Of a DNA stretch of 64,000 bases, positions 49,315 to 60,153 are shown piece by piece. The DNA comes from Acidobacteriota bacterium (lineage in GTDB: Bacteria > Acidobacteriota > Thermoanaerobaculia > Gp7-AA8), in assembly GCA_019244185.1 (NCBI GenBank), contig JAFATB010000014.1, positions 256,001 through 320,000 on the forward strand. The letters run 5' to 3'. Made by a program: the position numbers and the translations under genes. Under the pieces are notes generated by a model. The model saw only the letters and a program-made list of their open reading frames with translations. It was not told where the DNA came from and did no database searches. Within the stretch, counting starts at the first letter, position 1. Each line of letters begins with the position of its first letter.

Positions 49315-49989
49315 CTACTCGCGCCAGCCGAAGCGGCCGACGAGCGGCACGAACTCCGCGGTGCCGCAGTCCTCGATCTTGACGCCCGTGCCGACGCGTA
49401 CGACGCGCGCGAGCCGCTGCTTGCCTGCCTCGCCGATCGGGAGCACGAGCTTCCCCGTGCGCGCGAGCTGCTGCACGAGCGGGTCGGGCACCGCCGGTGC
49501 CGCCGCCGCGACGATGATGCGATCGAACGGCGCCTGGTCCGACCAGCCGTACGTGCCGTCGAACACCTTCACCGACGCGTTGTGGATCTTCAGCTCGCGG
49601 AACAGCTCCGCCGCGCGCAACGCGAGATCGTTGATCCGTTCGATGGAGAAGACTTTCGCGCACAGCTTCGACAGCACCGCCGCCTGATATCCCGTTCCCG
49701 TGCCAATCTCCAGCACCTTTTCGGTGCCGCGCAGCTCGAGCAGCTCGATCATCTTGGCCACGATGAACGGCTGCGAGATGGTCTGCTTCGCGCCGATCGG
49801 CAGCGCGCCCGGGCCGTATGCCTTCGCCGCGACGACCGCGGGCACGAACTTGTGCCGCGGCACCTCGCGCATCGCCTGCAGGATGCGCTCGTCCGCAATG
49901 CCGCGCGCGGCGACGTGGCGCTCGACCATCAGCGCGCGCTGATGCGCGAGCTCGCGTTCCTGATCATCCCTTCGCGGCGTGCTGGCCAA
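49315..49989 (-). CDS. pcm: Protein-L-isoaspartate O-methyltransferase
   Basis: VPRH.FV, QTISQP, VLEIGTGTGYQAA, APFDRI. Confidence 0.97.
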   Translation of the reverse strand: MASTPRRDDQERELAHQRALMVERHVAARGIADERILQAMREVPRHKFVPAVVAAKAYGPGALPIGAKQTISQPFIVAKMIELLELRGTEKVLEIGTGTGYQAAVLSKLCAKVFSIERINDLALRAAELFRELKIHNASVKVFDGTYGWSDQAPFDRIIVAAAAPAVPDPLVQQLARTGKLVLPIGEAGKQRLARVVRVGTGVKIEDCGTAEFVPLVGRFGWRE

Positions 49990-50740
49990 GGAGCTCCTCG
50001 AGGGGCTTGAGTCGCGGAATGGACGCGTGGTGCGTGAGATCGAGATGGAGCGGCGTGATGGAGACGAAACCCTGCTGCACGGCCTCGAAGTCAGTGCCTT
50101 CGCCGGGATGCCACACCGGCGGCTCGCCGCCGATCCAGTAGTACTTTCTCCCGCGCGGATCGAGCCGCTCGATGATGCCCTCGGAGTAGATGCGCTGCCC
50201 GAGCTTGGTGATGCGCACGCCTTCGAACTCCGCGTTCGGGAAGTTGACGTTGAGGATGATGCGCGGATCGCGATGCTGCTCGAGCGCGACGCGCGTCAGC
50301 TCCGCCGCGAATGCCGCGCAGCGGTTGAACGAGAAGTGCGCGCCGACGAGCGCGGAGAGCGCGATCGACGGGATGTTCAGCAGCGCGCCTTCGAATGCCG
50401 CCGAGATCGTGCCGCTGTACGTGACGTCGTCGCCGAGGTTCGGGCCGAAGTTGATGCCCGAGACAATGAGATCGGGGCGCTGTTCCTTGAACAGTTTGAG
50501 GATCGCCAGGTTCACGCAATCGGTGGGCGTGCCGTCGACGATCCACTCGTTTTCCTCGATCTGCAGGAGGCGCAGCGGACGGTTGAGGGTGAGCGCGTGC
50601 GAGGCCGCGCTCTGCTCGCGATCCGGCGCGACGATGACGATCTCGCCGAGCGGTTCCAGCGCCTTGGCCAGCTTCCGCAATCCCTCCGAATAGATGCCGT
50701 CGTCGTTCGTGACGAGGATGCGAGGCATGCGCGGCATCAT
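49964..50740 (-). CDS. surE: 5'/3'-nucleotidase SurE
   Basis: ILVTNDDG, GTPTDC, SGINFGPNLGDDVTYSGT; alternative start 50728. Confidence 0.97.
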   Translation of the reverse strand: MMPRMPRILVTNDDGIYSEGLRKLAKALEPLGEIVIVAPDREQSAASHALTLNRPLRLLQIEENEWIVDGTPTDCVNLAILKLFKEQRPDLIVSGINFGPNLGDDVTYSGTISAAFEGALLNIPSIALSALVGAHFSFNRCAAFAAELTRVALEQHRDPRIILNVNFPNAEFEGVRITKLGQRIYSEGIIERLDPRGRKYYWIGGEPPVWHPGEGTDFEAVQQGFVSITPLHLDLTHHASIPRLKPLEELLGQHAAKG

Positions 50741-51570
50741 ACCTGCGACAACACCATCGCGCCCACGATCAGCGCCGCGCCGATGAAGAACGCCGCGGTG
50801 AGCGGCTCGCCGTAGAACGCGATCGACACGAGCGCCGCCGCCACCGGCTCGAACGAGAGGATCACCGCCGCTTCCGTCGCCGTCACATGCGCCTGTCCCC
50901 ACATCAGCGCCGCGAACGCGAGCGCGGTGGTGACGACGGCCGTGAACACGATCGCGGCGACGACGCGGAAGTCCCAAGGCGTCGGCTTCGCGAAGATCGC
51001 CAGCGGTCCGGCGGCCAGTCCGACGAAGAGCACCTGCACCGCCGCGAGCGCCGTCGCCGTCTCGTGTTTGCTCCAGCGCGCGGACAGCACGACGTGCAAC
51101 GCGAAGAGCACCGCGCCGCCGAGCGTGAGCAGATCGCCGAACGTAAGACGCGCTTCGAATCCGCCGCCGATGAAGACCCACGTGCCCGCGAGCGCGAGCA
51201 GCGCCGCAAGCCATGCCGCCGGCTTCGGACGCCCCGACGTACGCCACTGGAAGAACGGCACGAGCACGACGTAGATGCCGGTGAGCAGCGCGGAGCGCGA
51301 CGGCGAGATGGTGAGCAGTCCGCGCGTCTGCGCCCAATAGCCGAAGAAGACGAGCAGGCCGAGGGTGATGCCGGGACGCAGCAGTGCACGCGTGAAGCGG
51401 CCGCGCATCGCGGCGAAGACGCAGAGGATCGCGCCCGCGAGCGTGAAGCGCCAGAAGATGAACGGCTCGGGCGCAATGCGTTGGATCACGCTCTTGACGA
51501 GCACGAACGTCGCGCCCCAGGCGCCGGCCGTGGCGAGCAGCGCGAGCGCCGCGAGGTGATGGCGTTTCAC
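50737..51570 (-). CDS. EamA/DMT family transporter
   Basis: WGATF, 10 TM in two repeats, EPV. Confidence 0.92.
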   Translation of the reverse strand: MKRHHLAALALLATAGAWGATFVLVKSVIQRIAPEPFIFWRFTLAGAILCVFAAMRGRFTRALLRPGITLGLLVFFGYWAQTRGLLTISPSRSALLTGIYVVLVPFFQWRTSGRPKPAAWLAALLALAGTWVFIGGGFEARLTFGDLLTLGGAVLFALHVVLSARWSKHETATALAAVQVLFVGLAAGPLAIFAKPTPWDFRVVAAIVFTAVVTTALAFAALMWGQAHVTATEAAVILSFEPVAAALVSIAFYGEPLTAAFFIGAALIVGAMVLSQV

Positions 51571-51700
51571 CGCGACGGCGCCGGCTGCGACTGCTCCTGC
51601 TGCAGTTGCTGCATCGCCACGAGCTGGCGGTACATCATCGAGAAGACCAGCGCGAAGCCGAGCAGCATCACGATCAGCACGATGCGCATGCCCCAGCGGT

Positions 51701-51704
<4 letters not shown>
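51567..51704 (-). CDS. Small single-TM protein, 45 aa (absent from ORF track)
   Basis: MNRWGMRIVLIVMLLGFALVFSMMYRQLVAMQQLQQEQSQPAPSR; ATGA overlap with pdxA and GTGA overlap with the DMT gene. Confidence 0.7.
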
Positions 51705-52567
<863 letters not shown>

Positions 52568-52597
52568 GCCGCGATGGTAAGCCAGACGCGCGCCGCG

Positions 52598-52966
52598 TTA
52601 CTCGACGAGCTCTTCCTGCTTGAAGAGGTACTTGATGCAGTGCTTCTGGATGAGCAGGTTCGGCGCGCCTTCGCGATTCACTTTGAGGCAGGCCTTGTCG
52701 TACCACTCGATCCAGCCGCGCACCTCTTCGCCGTCGGTGAGGACGATCACCATCGGCGTCTTGGAGTTCATCTGTTTGAGGTAGTAGAAATTCTCGGCGT
52801 TGGTCGCCTCGGGTGGGGCGGCTTTCGCGTTCCGGTTCGCGTACCCGTTGCCGTTACCGTTTCCGTCGCGCGGCTTGGTGCTGCGTTTGAAGTCGAGAGT
52901 CCGGAAGCTCCGGCGTCCGGTCATGGGCTGGTGGTCCGCTTCGTGCGGCCTGCTCGAAAAGGGCAT
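52598..52966 (-). CDS. Hfq-like Sm-fold RNA chaperone with disordered N-terminus
   Basis: [31 protein letters not shown] resembles Hfq Sm1/Sm2; GGAGG RBS. Confidence 0.8.
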   Translation of the reverse strand: MPFSSRPHEADHQPMTGRRSFRTLDFKRSTKPRDGNGNGNGYANRNAKAAPPEATNAENFYYLKQMNSKTPMVIVLTDGEEVRGWIEWYDKACLKVNREGAPNLLIQKHCIKYLFKQEELVE

Positions 52967-53136
52967 TGCTGTCCTCCGTGTTTCGGGTACGTGCTGGGGG
53001 TGGTGAGGCTGAGCAGATCCCGTTTGCGATTTGCGTGCCTCCTCTCTAGAATGGCGGCCCGGCTTCGGCCGCCCGCCGCGGGCATTTCTTCCCTCGAGCC
53101 GCGGCCACAAACACGCAAATCACCTGGAGGTCCCGT

Positions 53137-53919
53137 TTGAACTCCGTCGTCTGTATCAGCCATGTTCCGGATACCGAGTCCCGCATCAAGATCGCCGCGG
53201 ACGGCCGCAAGGTCGACGAGGCGGGGCTGAAGTTCATCGTCTCGCCGTACGACGAATTCGCGCTCGAGGAAGCGATCCGCGTGAAAGAGAAATCCGGCGG
53301 CGGCGACGTCACCGTCGTGACGTTCGGCCCCGACCGCGCGCAGCAGGCGCTGCGCGAGGCGCTCGCGCGCGGCGCGACGAAAGCGCTGCACGTGAAAGGC
53401 GAAGCGTCCGACGCTGACTCGCTCGGCATCGCCAAAGTGCTCGCCGCCGCGATCAAGACCGTGCCGCACGATCTCGTCTTCCTCGGCAAGCAAGGCGTCG
53501 GCACCGACAACGCGCTCGTCGGCCCGATGGTCGCCGAGCTCCTCGGCTATCCGCAGGTCAACGTCGTGACGAAGCTCGAAGTCGCCGACGGGAAGCTCAC
53601 CGCGCATCGCGAGATCGAAGGCGCGGAAGAGATCCTCGAGACGCCGACGCCCGCCGTCGTCACCGCGCAGAAGGGACTCAACGAGCCGCGCTACGCGTCG
53701 CTCAAAGGCATCATGGCCGCGAAGAAGATCGCCATCGACACGAAGTCGGTCGCGGACCTCGGCCTCAATGACTCCGACATCTTCAACCAGCGCGTCGCCA
53801 CCGTCGCGCTCGAGCTGCCGGCCGAGAAGAGCGGCGGCAAGAAGATCGACGGCGCCGATGCCGCCGCGGCCGCGCGCGCGATCCTGCAGTACATCAAAGA
53901 CGAAGCGAAGGCGCTCTAG
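53137..53919 (+). CDS. etfB: Electron transfer flavoprotein beta subunit
   Basis: VPDT, PYDEFALEEA, GKQ, NEPRYASLKGIMAAKK; GGAGG RBS, TTG start. Confidence 0.96.
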   Translation: MNSVVCISHVPDTESRIKIAADGRKVDEAGLKFIVSPYDEFALEEAIRVKEKSGGGDVTVVTFGPDRAQQALREALARGATKALHVKGEASDADSLGIAKVLAAAIKTVPHDLVFLGKQGVGTDNALVGPMVAELLGYPQVNVVTKLEVADGKLTAHREIEGAEEILETPTPAVVTAQKGLNEPRYASLKGIMAAKKIAIDTKSVADLGLNDSDIFNQRVATVALELPAEKSGGKKIDGADAAAAARAILQYIKDEAKAL

Positions 53920-53928
53920 GAGATCGTC

Positions 53929-54888
53929 ATGCCTGGTGTTCTCGTATTCACCGAATCCTCGAACGGGAAGCTGAAGAAGGCGTCCCGCGAAGCTCTCTCC
54001 ATCGGCCGCACGCTCGCCAACGCCGCGGGCGGCGACCTCGTCGCATTCGCGACCGACGCCGCGGCGGCGGAAGACGCGGGCCGCTACGGCGCGAAGAAGC
54101 TCTACGTCGCAAACGCCGGCGCCTACTCCACGGAAAGCCATACCGCCGCCCTTGCGGCTGCCGTGAAAGAAGCGAATCCGGCCATCCTGCTGTTCGGCGG
54201 AACGTCGAACGGCCGCGATCTCGCGCCGCGCGTCGCCGCGCGTCTCGACGCCGGCGTCGCCTCCGACGTCGATCGCCTCGAATGGATCGACGGCAAGCTG
54301 CGCGCGCGCCGCCCGGTGTACTCCGGCAAGGCGTTCGCGACGGTGGAAGTGAGCGGCACGCCTGCGATCGCGACGACGCGCCCGAACGCGTTCCCCGCGG
54401 AAGAAGCGGGCGGCGGCGCGGCGGCGGAAGTCGTGAACGTGTCGTTCGACGCCGGCGACGCCCGCGTGAAGCTCGTCGACACGCACACGCCGGAAGCCGG
54501 CGAGATGAGCCTCGCCGAGGCGGACATCATCGTCTCCGGCGGCCGCGGCCTCAAGGAAGCGACGAACTTCTCGTACATCCGCGACCTCGCGCACGCCATC
54601 GGCGGCGCGGTCGGCGCATCGCGCGCGACCGTCGACGCGGGCTGGATCGATCACCAGCATCAGGTCGGCCAGACCGGCCGCGTGGTCAGCCCGAACGTCT
54701 ACATCGCCGCGGGCGTCTCCGGCGCGATCCAGCATCTCGCCGGCATGTCGTCGTCGAAGCACATCGTCGCCATCAACAAGGATCCCGAGGCGCCGATCTT
54801 CCGCGTCGCGGACCTCGGCGTCGTCGGCGATCTCTTCCAGATCCTGCCGGCGCTCACCGAGGAAGTGAAGAAGGCGAAAGCGCACTGA
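53929..54888 (+). CDS. etfA: Electron transfer flavoprotein alpha subunit
   Basis: [34 protein letters not shown]. Confidence 0.97.
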   Translation: MPGVLVFTESSNGKLKKASREALSIGRTLANAAGGDLVAFATDAAAAEDAGRYGAKKLYVANAGAYSTESHTAALAAAVKEANPAILLFGGTSNGRDLAPRVAARLDAGVASDVDRLEWIDGKLRARRPVYSGKAFATVEVSGTPAIATTRPNAFPAEEAGGGAAAEVVNVSFDAGDARVKLVDTHTPEAGEMSLAEADIIVSGGRGLKEATNFSYIRDLAHAIGGAVGASRATVDAGWIDHQHQVGQTGRVVSPNVYIAAGVSGAIQHLAGMSSSKHIVAINKDPEAPIFRVADLGVVGDLFQILPALTEEVKKAKAH

Positions 54889-55466
54889 TGGCGCATCCGG
54901 CCAAGGTCGCGGAAGTGGTCTGGTACGCGACCGGCCGGTTCTACGTCGACACGAACGGAAAGGTGTTCGACGTCGGCTACTTTCTGCACCTGCAGGGCAT
55001 CGACGCGCCGCTGTTCGACGGCAAAGCGAAGTCGGAGGCGAACGCGCGTTTCACGTTCGCCGCGGAGCCGTTCGACGCGCCGCCCGTCGACAACGGCGGC
55101 CTGAGCATCGGCCTCGACGAACGCGGGACGTTCTCGCTGTATCTGCGCGAGCGCGGCGACGGCGCGTCGTTCGACGATCCGTCGAGCTTCGCCGCGGGAC
55201 TCCGCGTCGCGACGTTCCGCCGCGTAGCGATCGTGCCGACGGTGAAGATCGCGACGTCGTCGACGGTGACGGTGCTCTCGAACGTCTTCACCGCGCGGCT
55301 CATCGAGTCGACGCCGTTCGAATTCGACGGCGCGCGCTACGACTTCGCGGAGCTCGCCGGCTTCGGGATCACGCAGTGGGGCACCGCCGCGACCGAGCCG
55401 CTCTCGCCGCCGCCCGGCTACACGTCCGTGGTCCCGTTCCTCGGCTCCGCCGTGCGCGTCGGCTGA
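54888..55466 (+). CDS. Hypothetical protein, beta-rich
   Basis: TGATG coupling to etfA; aromatic beta-strand pattern. Confidence 0.65.
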   Translation: MAHPAKVAEVVWYATGRFYVDTNGKVFDVGYFLHLQGIDAPLFDGKAKSEANARFTFAAEPFDAPPVDNGGLSIGLDERGTFSLYLRERGDGASFDDPSSFAAGLRVATFRRVAIVPTVKIATSSTVTVLSNVFTARLIESTPFEFDGARYDFAELAGFGITQWGTAATEPLSPPPGYTSVVPFLGSAVRVG

Positions 55467-55470
55467 AACA

Positions 55471-55500
55471 CGAAGGGCGCCGATCGCTCGGCGCCCTTCG
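55471..55500. terminator. Hairpin between convergent genes
   Basis: cgaagggcgccga-tcgc-tcggcgcccttcg, 13-bp stem. Confidence 0.7.
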
Positions 55501-55519
55501 CTTCACAGCGCGCTTCGAA

Positions 55520-58501
55520 TCAGAAGACGTAGCGGATCTGCAGCTGGAACATGCGCGGCGGATCGACGTTGGCGAATGCGGGGAGCGCGTTGGCCGCGTT
55601 GCCGGCCGCGACGAGCTGGCCGAACGTCGCGTTCGGCGTTCCCGTGTCGCCGTACACCGTCTGTCCGCGGCCGAGGTAGTTGCCGTGGTTCGTCAGGTTG
55701 AAGCCTTCCACGCGCAGCAGGAGCGTGCGATCGAGCACGTGAATGCGTCCTTCGACGAACGCGCCGATGTCTTCCGTCGGCGTGCCGCGGAACGCGGACT
55801 TTTTGAGCACCTCGCCGTTGACGACCGGACGATCGTTGTTCGCGCCGTCGCCGTTGTTGTCGATGCCGGTCGTGGCGTTGAACGGCCGCGCGGACGCGTA
55901 CTGCGTGAGCGTGCCGACCGTGATGTCGTACGGCAGGCGATAGGCGAGCGTGAGCACCGCGCGGTGGCGCTGGTCGAGGAGGCTTGGTCCCTCTTCCTCG
56001 TCGCCGAGGCGCGAGATGATGCTCTGGTTCGGACCGACGCCGTTGCCGTCGGGCTCGGCGGTGTTCGTCGCCTTCGACAGCGTGTAGCTGAGCGACGCGA
56101 GCAGGCGCGGGTTGCCGCGGTAGCTGATCTGCGTCTGCAGGCCGTTGTAGTTCGCCTCGCCGAGGTTCATGAGCACGTTGACCTGGCGCACGCCGCCGGC
56201 GACGGGAAGGATCGGACGCGTGGCGTTCGCCGCGGCGACCGTGCGCACCTGACCCGGCGCGGTGCGGTCGAACGGGGAGGGCGCGTTGAGATCGACGGTG
56301 CGATCGAGATCGGTCCAGTGCTGGTGCACGAAGTCGCTGCCGACGAAGAAGCCGCGGCCGAACTCGCGCTCGGCGCCGATGGTCATGACCTGGCTGCGCG
56401 GATTCACGAGTTCGTCGGGATAGTTCGGCAGCAGATCGAAGTTGAGGCCGTAGCGCGCGAACTGCGCCTCGTAGAACGAGCGCCGGCCCGGCTCGATGGT
56501 GATGTCGCGCGCGGGGATCTGCGACGACGGCAGCGTGCGCGGATCGAGCGCGAGCGGCACGCAGGTGAGGCAGGTCGGGAAGCCGAGCTGTCCCGGCACC
56601 GCGGTGTACGTCGTCAACCCATCGAGTCCGCCGACGAGCGCGGATGCGATCGCGTTCGCGCGGATCTGCGTGTAGTACATGCCGTAGCCGCCGCGCACGG
56701 CGAGCCGCGGATCGCCGCCGGGATGCCAGCCGAAGCCGAGGCGCGGCGCGATGTTCTTCTTCGCGTCGGTGAGCGTCTGCCGGTCGTAGCGCAGCCCGAG
56801 GTCGAGAGTGAGGTCGTTGCCGATGTGCATGCTGTCCTGCACGAAGGCGGTGTAGAGCCACTGCGACAGCTCGTAGCTGTTGATGCCGAAGTCGATCGGC
56901 TGCGTGTACTGCTGCACGTCGCCGAGCGTGAGCTGGTCGAACGGCGCGGTCGTGGTGTTCTTGAACGTGAACGTGCCGAGGACCGCGGTGCCCGGCTCGC
57001 TGCCCGTGCCGCCGGAGGTGTGGTGAATCGCACTTCCGCCGATGCGGAGGTAATGATCGCCGCGCGCCCACGAGAGCGTGTCGGCGAACTGCAGCTGGCG
57101 GCCGTGCAGATCGGAGAGACGCGACTGGCCGATCGTGAACGGCACCGAGCCGCTGCGCGTGTACGTCGTCGAGAGCGTCTGCGCTTCCCACCGGGTCACG
57201 GGATCGCCGTTGAGGAACGCGAAGCGCGCCTCGTTGAGGCGGTTCTCATCGATGACCGACGTGAGGTTCGCCTGCCCCGTCACCGACTTGCGCGAGTAGC
57301 GGCGCGCGACGCTCGGCGCGTTCGTGCCGCCGACGGCGTCCTGCGGGTTGTCGTCGTAGAAGCGGTCGAGGTTCGTGCGGAGCATGAGCGACTCGCTCGG
57401 CGTGAACGAATGATCGACGCGCCCGTCGAAGAGCGTCTGGCGATAGTGGCCGGTGTACGAGAGATCGCCGTTCGACGGCAGCACGAACGCGGGGAGCGCG
57501 CTGGAGAGGAACGTGGTGCGGTTCTGGCGCGTGTAGTCGGCGGACGCGAAGAAGAACGTGCGGTCGCGCACGATCGGTCCGCCGATCGAGCCGGAGAACT
57601 GGTTGAGCGCGTCCGGCACGTCGACCGGATTGATCGCGTCGAGCGTCGCCGGCGTCGTGCACGTGTCGACCGACGGCGGGCAGAAGCCGCTCGTCGAGAA
57701 GTGCTTGGCCTGTCCGCTGCCGGGACGGCTCATGTAGAGCAGCTCGCCGTTGAAGGCGTTCGTGCCCGACTTCGTGACGATGTTCAGTGCGGGGCCGGAG
57801 GTCCAGCCGTATTCGGCGGAGAACGCGTTCGAGAGGAGGGTCATCTCTTCGATCGCGCCGATCGGCACGGTGGCGATCATGGTCTGCCGCCCCCACGCCT
57901 CGTCGTTGTTCGCGCCGTCGAGCGTGACCGTGGTCTGGCGGCGGCCGCCGGCGCCGGTGACGAAGTACGTCGCGTTGACGAAGAGATCGCCCGTGCCTTT
58001 GGCCTGGCGGAACGCGGCGTTGAGCAGCGGCAGCGTCGTGACTTTGCGGCCGAGGATCGGCGTCTCGTCGATGCGCGTGCTGTCGAGGCGCATGCCGATC
58101 TGCGGATCGGCGCGCACGCCTTCCGCGGTGCCGTACACGGTGACTTCCGCGGTCTGCGAGCCGACCAGCAGCTTCACGCGCAGCGTCGCGGTCTCGCCCG
58201 CGCGCAGCGTGATGTTGCCGCGCTCTTCGTTGCCGAAGCCTTCGTGCGAGACGGTGACTTTGTACGTGCCGGTGAGCGACAGCGCGGGGAACGTCGCGCT
58301 GCCGTCGTTGTTCGCCGTGGCCTCGCGCGTGGCGCCGGTGGCAACGTTCACGAGCGAGACATGCGCTCCCTGCACCGGCGCGCCGGCCTGGTCGGCGACG
58401 GCGACGACGAGCGTGGCGGTATTGGGAGACTGCGCCGCGAGCGGCAACGCCAGCGCGGCGAACAGCATCAGCAACAACAACACACGATGACGATGGAGCA
58501 T
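55520..58501 (-). CDS. TonB-dependent receptor (Oar-like, N-terminal carboxypeptidase-regulatory-like domain)
   Basis: Signal peptide; DQAGAPVQGA..V, FSAEYG..NIVTKSGTN, LGLRYD, NIAPRLGFGW, C-terminal PRMFQLQIRYVF. Confidence 0.93.
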   Translation of the reverse strand: MLHRHRVLLLLMLFAALALPLAAQSPNTATLVVAVADQAGAPVQGAHVSLVNVATGATREATANNDGSATFPALSLTGTYKVTVSHEGFGNEERGNITLRAGETATLRVKLLVGSQTAEVTVYGTAEGVRADPQIGMRLDSTRIDETPILGRKVTTLPLLNAAFRQAKGTGDLFVNATYFVTGAGGRRQTTVTLDGANNDEAWGRQTMIATVPIGAIEEMTLLSNAFSAEYGWTSGPALNIVTKSGTNAFNGELLYMSRPGSGQAKHFSTSGFCPPSVDTCTTPATLDAINPVDVPDALNQFSGSIGGPIVRDRTFFFASADYTRQNRTTFLSSALPAFVLPSNGDLSYTGHYRQTLFDGRVDHSFTPSESLMLRTNLDRFYDDNPQDAVGGTNAPSVARRYSRKSVTGQANLTSVIDENRLNEARFAFLNGDPVTRWEAQTLSTTYTRSGSVPFTIGQSRLSDLHGRQLQFADTLSWARGDHYLRIGGSAIHHTSGGTGSEPGTAVLGTFTFKNTTTAPFDQLTLGDVQQYTQPIDFGINSYELSQWLYTAFVQDSMHIGNDLTLDLGLRYDRQTLTDAKKNIAPRLGFGWHPGGDPRLAVRGGYGMYYTQIRANAIASALVGGLDGLTTYTAVPGQLGFPTCLTCVPLALDPRTLPSSQIPARDITIEPGRRSFYEAQFARYGLNFDLLPNYPDELVNPRSQVMTIGAEREFGRGFFVGSDFVHQHWTDLDRTVDLNAPSPFDRTAPGQVRTVAAANATRPILPVAGGVRQVNVLMNLGEANYNGLQTQISYRGNPRLLASLSYTLSKATNTAEPDGNGVGPNQSIISRLGDEEEGPSLLDQRHRAVLTLAYRLPYDITVGTLTQYASARPFNATTGIDNNGDGANNDRPVVNGEVLKKSAFRGTPTEDIGAFVEGRIHVLDRTLLLRVEGFNLTNHGNYLGRGQTVYGDTGTPNATFGQLVAAGNAANALPAFANVDPPRMFQLQIRYVF

Positions 58502-59157
58502 CACGGAAGAACCTCCACTCTCAGCACAGGATGGATTTCGAACCAGCGATGGTCCGGACTCGGGTCGTAGCGGCTGACGCCCCACACGCGCACGCGCGAG
58601 CCCGGCTTCGGCGGCGTCATCGGATCGCCGTCGAGGATCTCGCACACGACGAACGCGTTCGGGTTGTGCGGATCGGTGAGGCGGAAGCGATGGCTGCCTT
58701 CGTCGGTGTCGCCGGACGTCTGCGAGACGACGCCCTGCACGATGACGTGCGGGTCGTCCGTCGCGGCGATCTGTCCGACGGCGAGCGCGCGGAACGACGA
58801 GAAGTCGAACTGGCGGTTCCGCGCCGACGCGGCGTGCGTGTAGAAGAGCGTGAAGATGGCGAAGAGCACCGTCGCGATGAGCGCGTCGGCGGCGAGGTGG
58901 CGCAGCACGCTCGGCACGGCGAACGAGAAGCGCCGCTCGCCGCGCGGCGCGCGCGCCATCACGCGCTCGAACGCCGGCGCCGCGAGCGGCGGCAGCTCGC
59001 CGAGCAGGCTCTTCGCGTCGCGCATGCGCACGAGGCGCGCGCGGCACGCGCTGCAGTCGAGCAGATGCCGCTCGATGCGCGCGGTGGTGCGCGACGGCGC
59101 GGCGCCGTCGAGATAGAGCGGGAAGAGGCGGTGCAGATCGAAGCGAAGACAGGGCAT
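58501..59157 (-). CDS. zf-HC2 anti-sigma factor with TM and extracytoplasmic OB-fold-like domain
   Basis: HLLDCSAC (HxxxCxxC), one TM, C-terminal V.G.V..D.D..H..L.D...WFEIHPV. Confidence 0.8.
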   Translation of the reverse strand: MPCLRFDLHRLFPLYLDGAAPSRTTARIERHLLDCSACRARLVRMRDAKSLLGELPPLAAPAFERVMARAPRGERRFSFAVPSVLRHLAADALIATVLFAIFTLFYTHAASARNRQFDFSSFRALAVGQIAATDDPHVIVQGVVSQTSGDTDEGSHRFRLTDPHNPNAFVVCEILDGDPMTPPKPGSRVRVWGVSRYDPSPDHRWFEIHPVLRVEVLP

Positions 59158-59159
59158 GA

Positions 59160-59672
59160 TCAACTCCTGAGGGGGCGGAGAATGCGTTCGAGACTGCTGA
59201 GCGCGCGGGCGAGGCGCGAGGAGACGGTGCCGATCGAACAGCCGAGGACCGCCGCGATCTCCTCGTACGGCATTTCCTCGACGTAGCGCAGCACCACGAC
59301 GGTGCGGAGTTTCGGAGAGAGCTCGAGGAGCGCGCGCGCGACGATCTGGTCGATCTGTTTGACGGCGTGGCGCTGCTCGGGCGAGGCCGCGCCGTCCGCC
59401 CAGCCGAGGATCGCGTCGAGCGGCACCTCCTCGGTACGCGCGCGGCGGCGCAGCTCGTCGTTGCAATGATTCACGGCGATGCGCCACAGCCACGTGCCCG
59501 CCGCGGCATCGCCGCGGAAGCGCGAGGCGTTCTGAAAGGCCTTGAGGAACACCGACTGCACCGCGTCTTCCGCCGCGGCGTGCGAGCCGAGCGCGTAGTA
59601 CGCGAGCGTGTGGATCCGCCCCGCGAAACGGTCGTACAGCTCGCGGAGCTCGTCGGCGACGACGGTGGGCAT
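59160..59672 (-). CDS. ECF RNA polymerase sigma factor
   Basis: AEDAVQSVF, WLWRIAVN, YEEIAAVLGCSIGTVSSRLARA. Confidence 0.95.
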   Translation of the reverse strand: MPTVVADELRELYDRFAGRIHTLAYYALGSHAAAEDAVQSVFLKAFQNASRFRGDAAAGTWLWRIAVNHCNDELRRRARTEEVPLDAILGWADGAASPEQRHAVKQIDQIVARALLELSPKLRTVVVLRYVEEMPYEEIAAVLGCSIGTVSSRLARALSSLERILRPLRS

Positions 59673-59680
59673 CGTCGGTA

Positions 59681-59709
59681 TTAGACGTTTTGCCGCCGAT
59701 TCTCTTCCC
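59681..59709 (-). promoter_or_regulatory. Putative ECF-type autoregulatory promoter
   Basis: Minus strand GGGAAG-N16-CGTCTAA, 8 nt before the sigma ATG. Confidence 0.6.
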
Positions 59710-59794
59710 TGGCGCCGTATTCTTTGGGCATCCGCCGTCATGCAGCGTTCATGAAGGCGCTCCTACGATCGGCGGCCTCGAAAGGAGAAAGTTC

Positions 59795-60040
59795 ATGAAT
59801 CGTCGTCGCATTCTCTCCGGACTCGTTCTCGCCCTGACGCTCACGACCGGCTTCATCGCCGGCCATGCCGCGGCCGATCAGCCGCGCATGCATGCCGCGC
59901 TCGAACACCTCCGCGCCGCCAAGACGGAGCTCGAGCGCGCGGACAACGACAAAGGCGGGCATCGCGCGCGTGCGCTCGAGCTCGTGAACGGCGCGATCGC
60001 GCAGGTCGAAGAAGGGATGAAGTTCGACCGCCGGCATTGA
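59795..60040 (+). CDS. Small secreted helical-hairpin protein (KGGHR motif)
   Basis: AAGGAG RBS; MNRRR..AAA signal; QPRMHAALEHL..DKGGHRARAL. Confidence 0.85.
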   Translation: MNRRRILSGLVLALTLTTGFIAGHAAADQPRMHAALEHLRAAKTELERADNDKGGHRARALELVNGAIAQVEEGMKFDRRH

Positions 60041-60063
60041 TCGCCGCCCCGCGCATCCGCAAC

Positions 60064-60090
60064 GCGGCGCGTGATCCGCTCACGCGCCGC
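60064..60090. terminator. Hairpin between convergent genes
   Basis: gcggcgcgtga-tccgc-tcacgcgccgc. Confidence 0.6.
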
Positions 60091-60096
60091 AAACCT

Positions 60097-60153
60097 CCAG
60101 CGATCCGCGAAACCTAGCGATCCGCAAAAGCTAGCGATCCGCAAAAACTAGCG
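60097..60153. repeat. 17-bp tandem repeat, about 3.3 copies
   Basis: ccagcgatccgcgaaac / ctagcgatccgcaaaag / ctagcgatccgcaaaaa / ctagcg. Confidence 0.85.

Noticed and set aside
55376-58570. 1064-aa plus-strand ORF
   Set aside because: Antisense shadow of the TonB-dependent receptor; Arg/Ala-rich with no motifs, as expected from high-GC codon bias.
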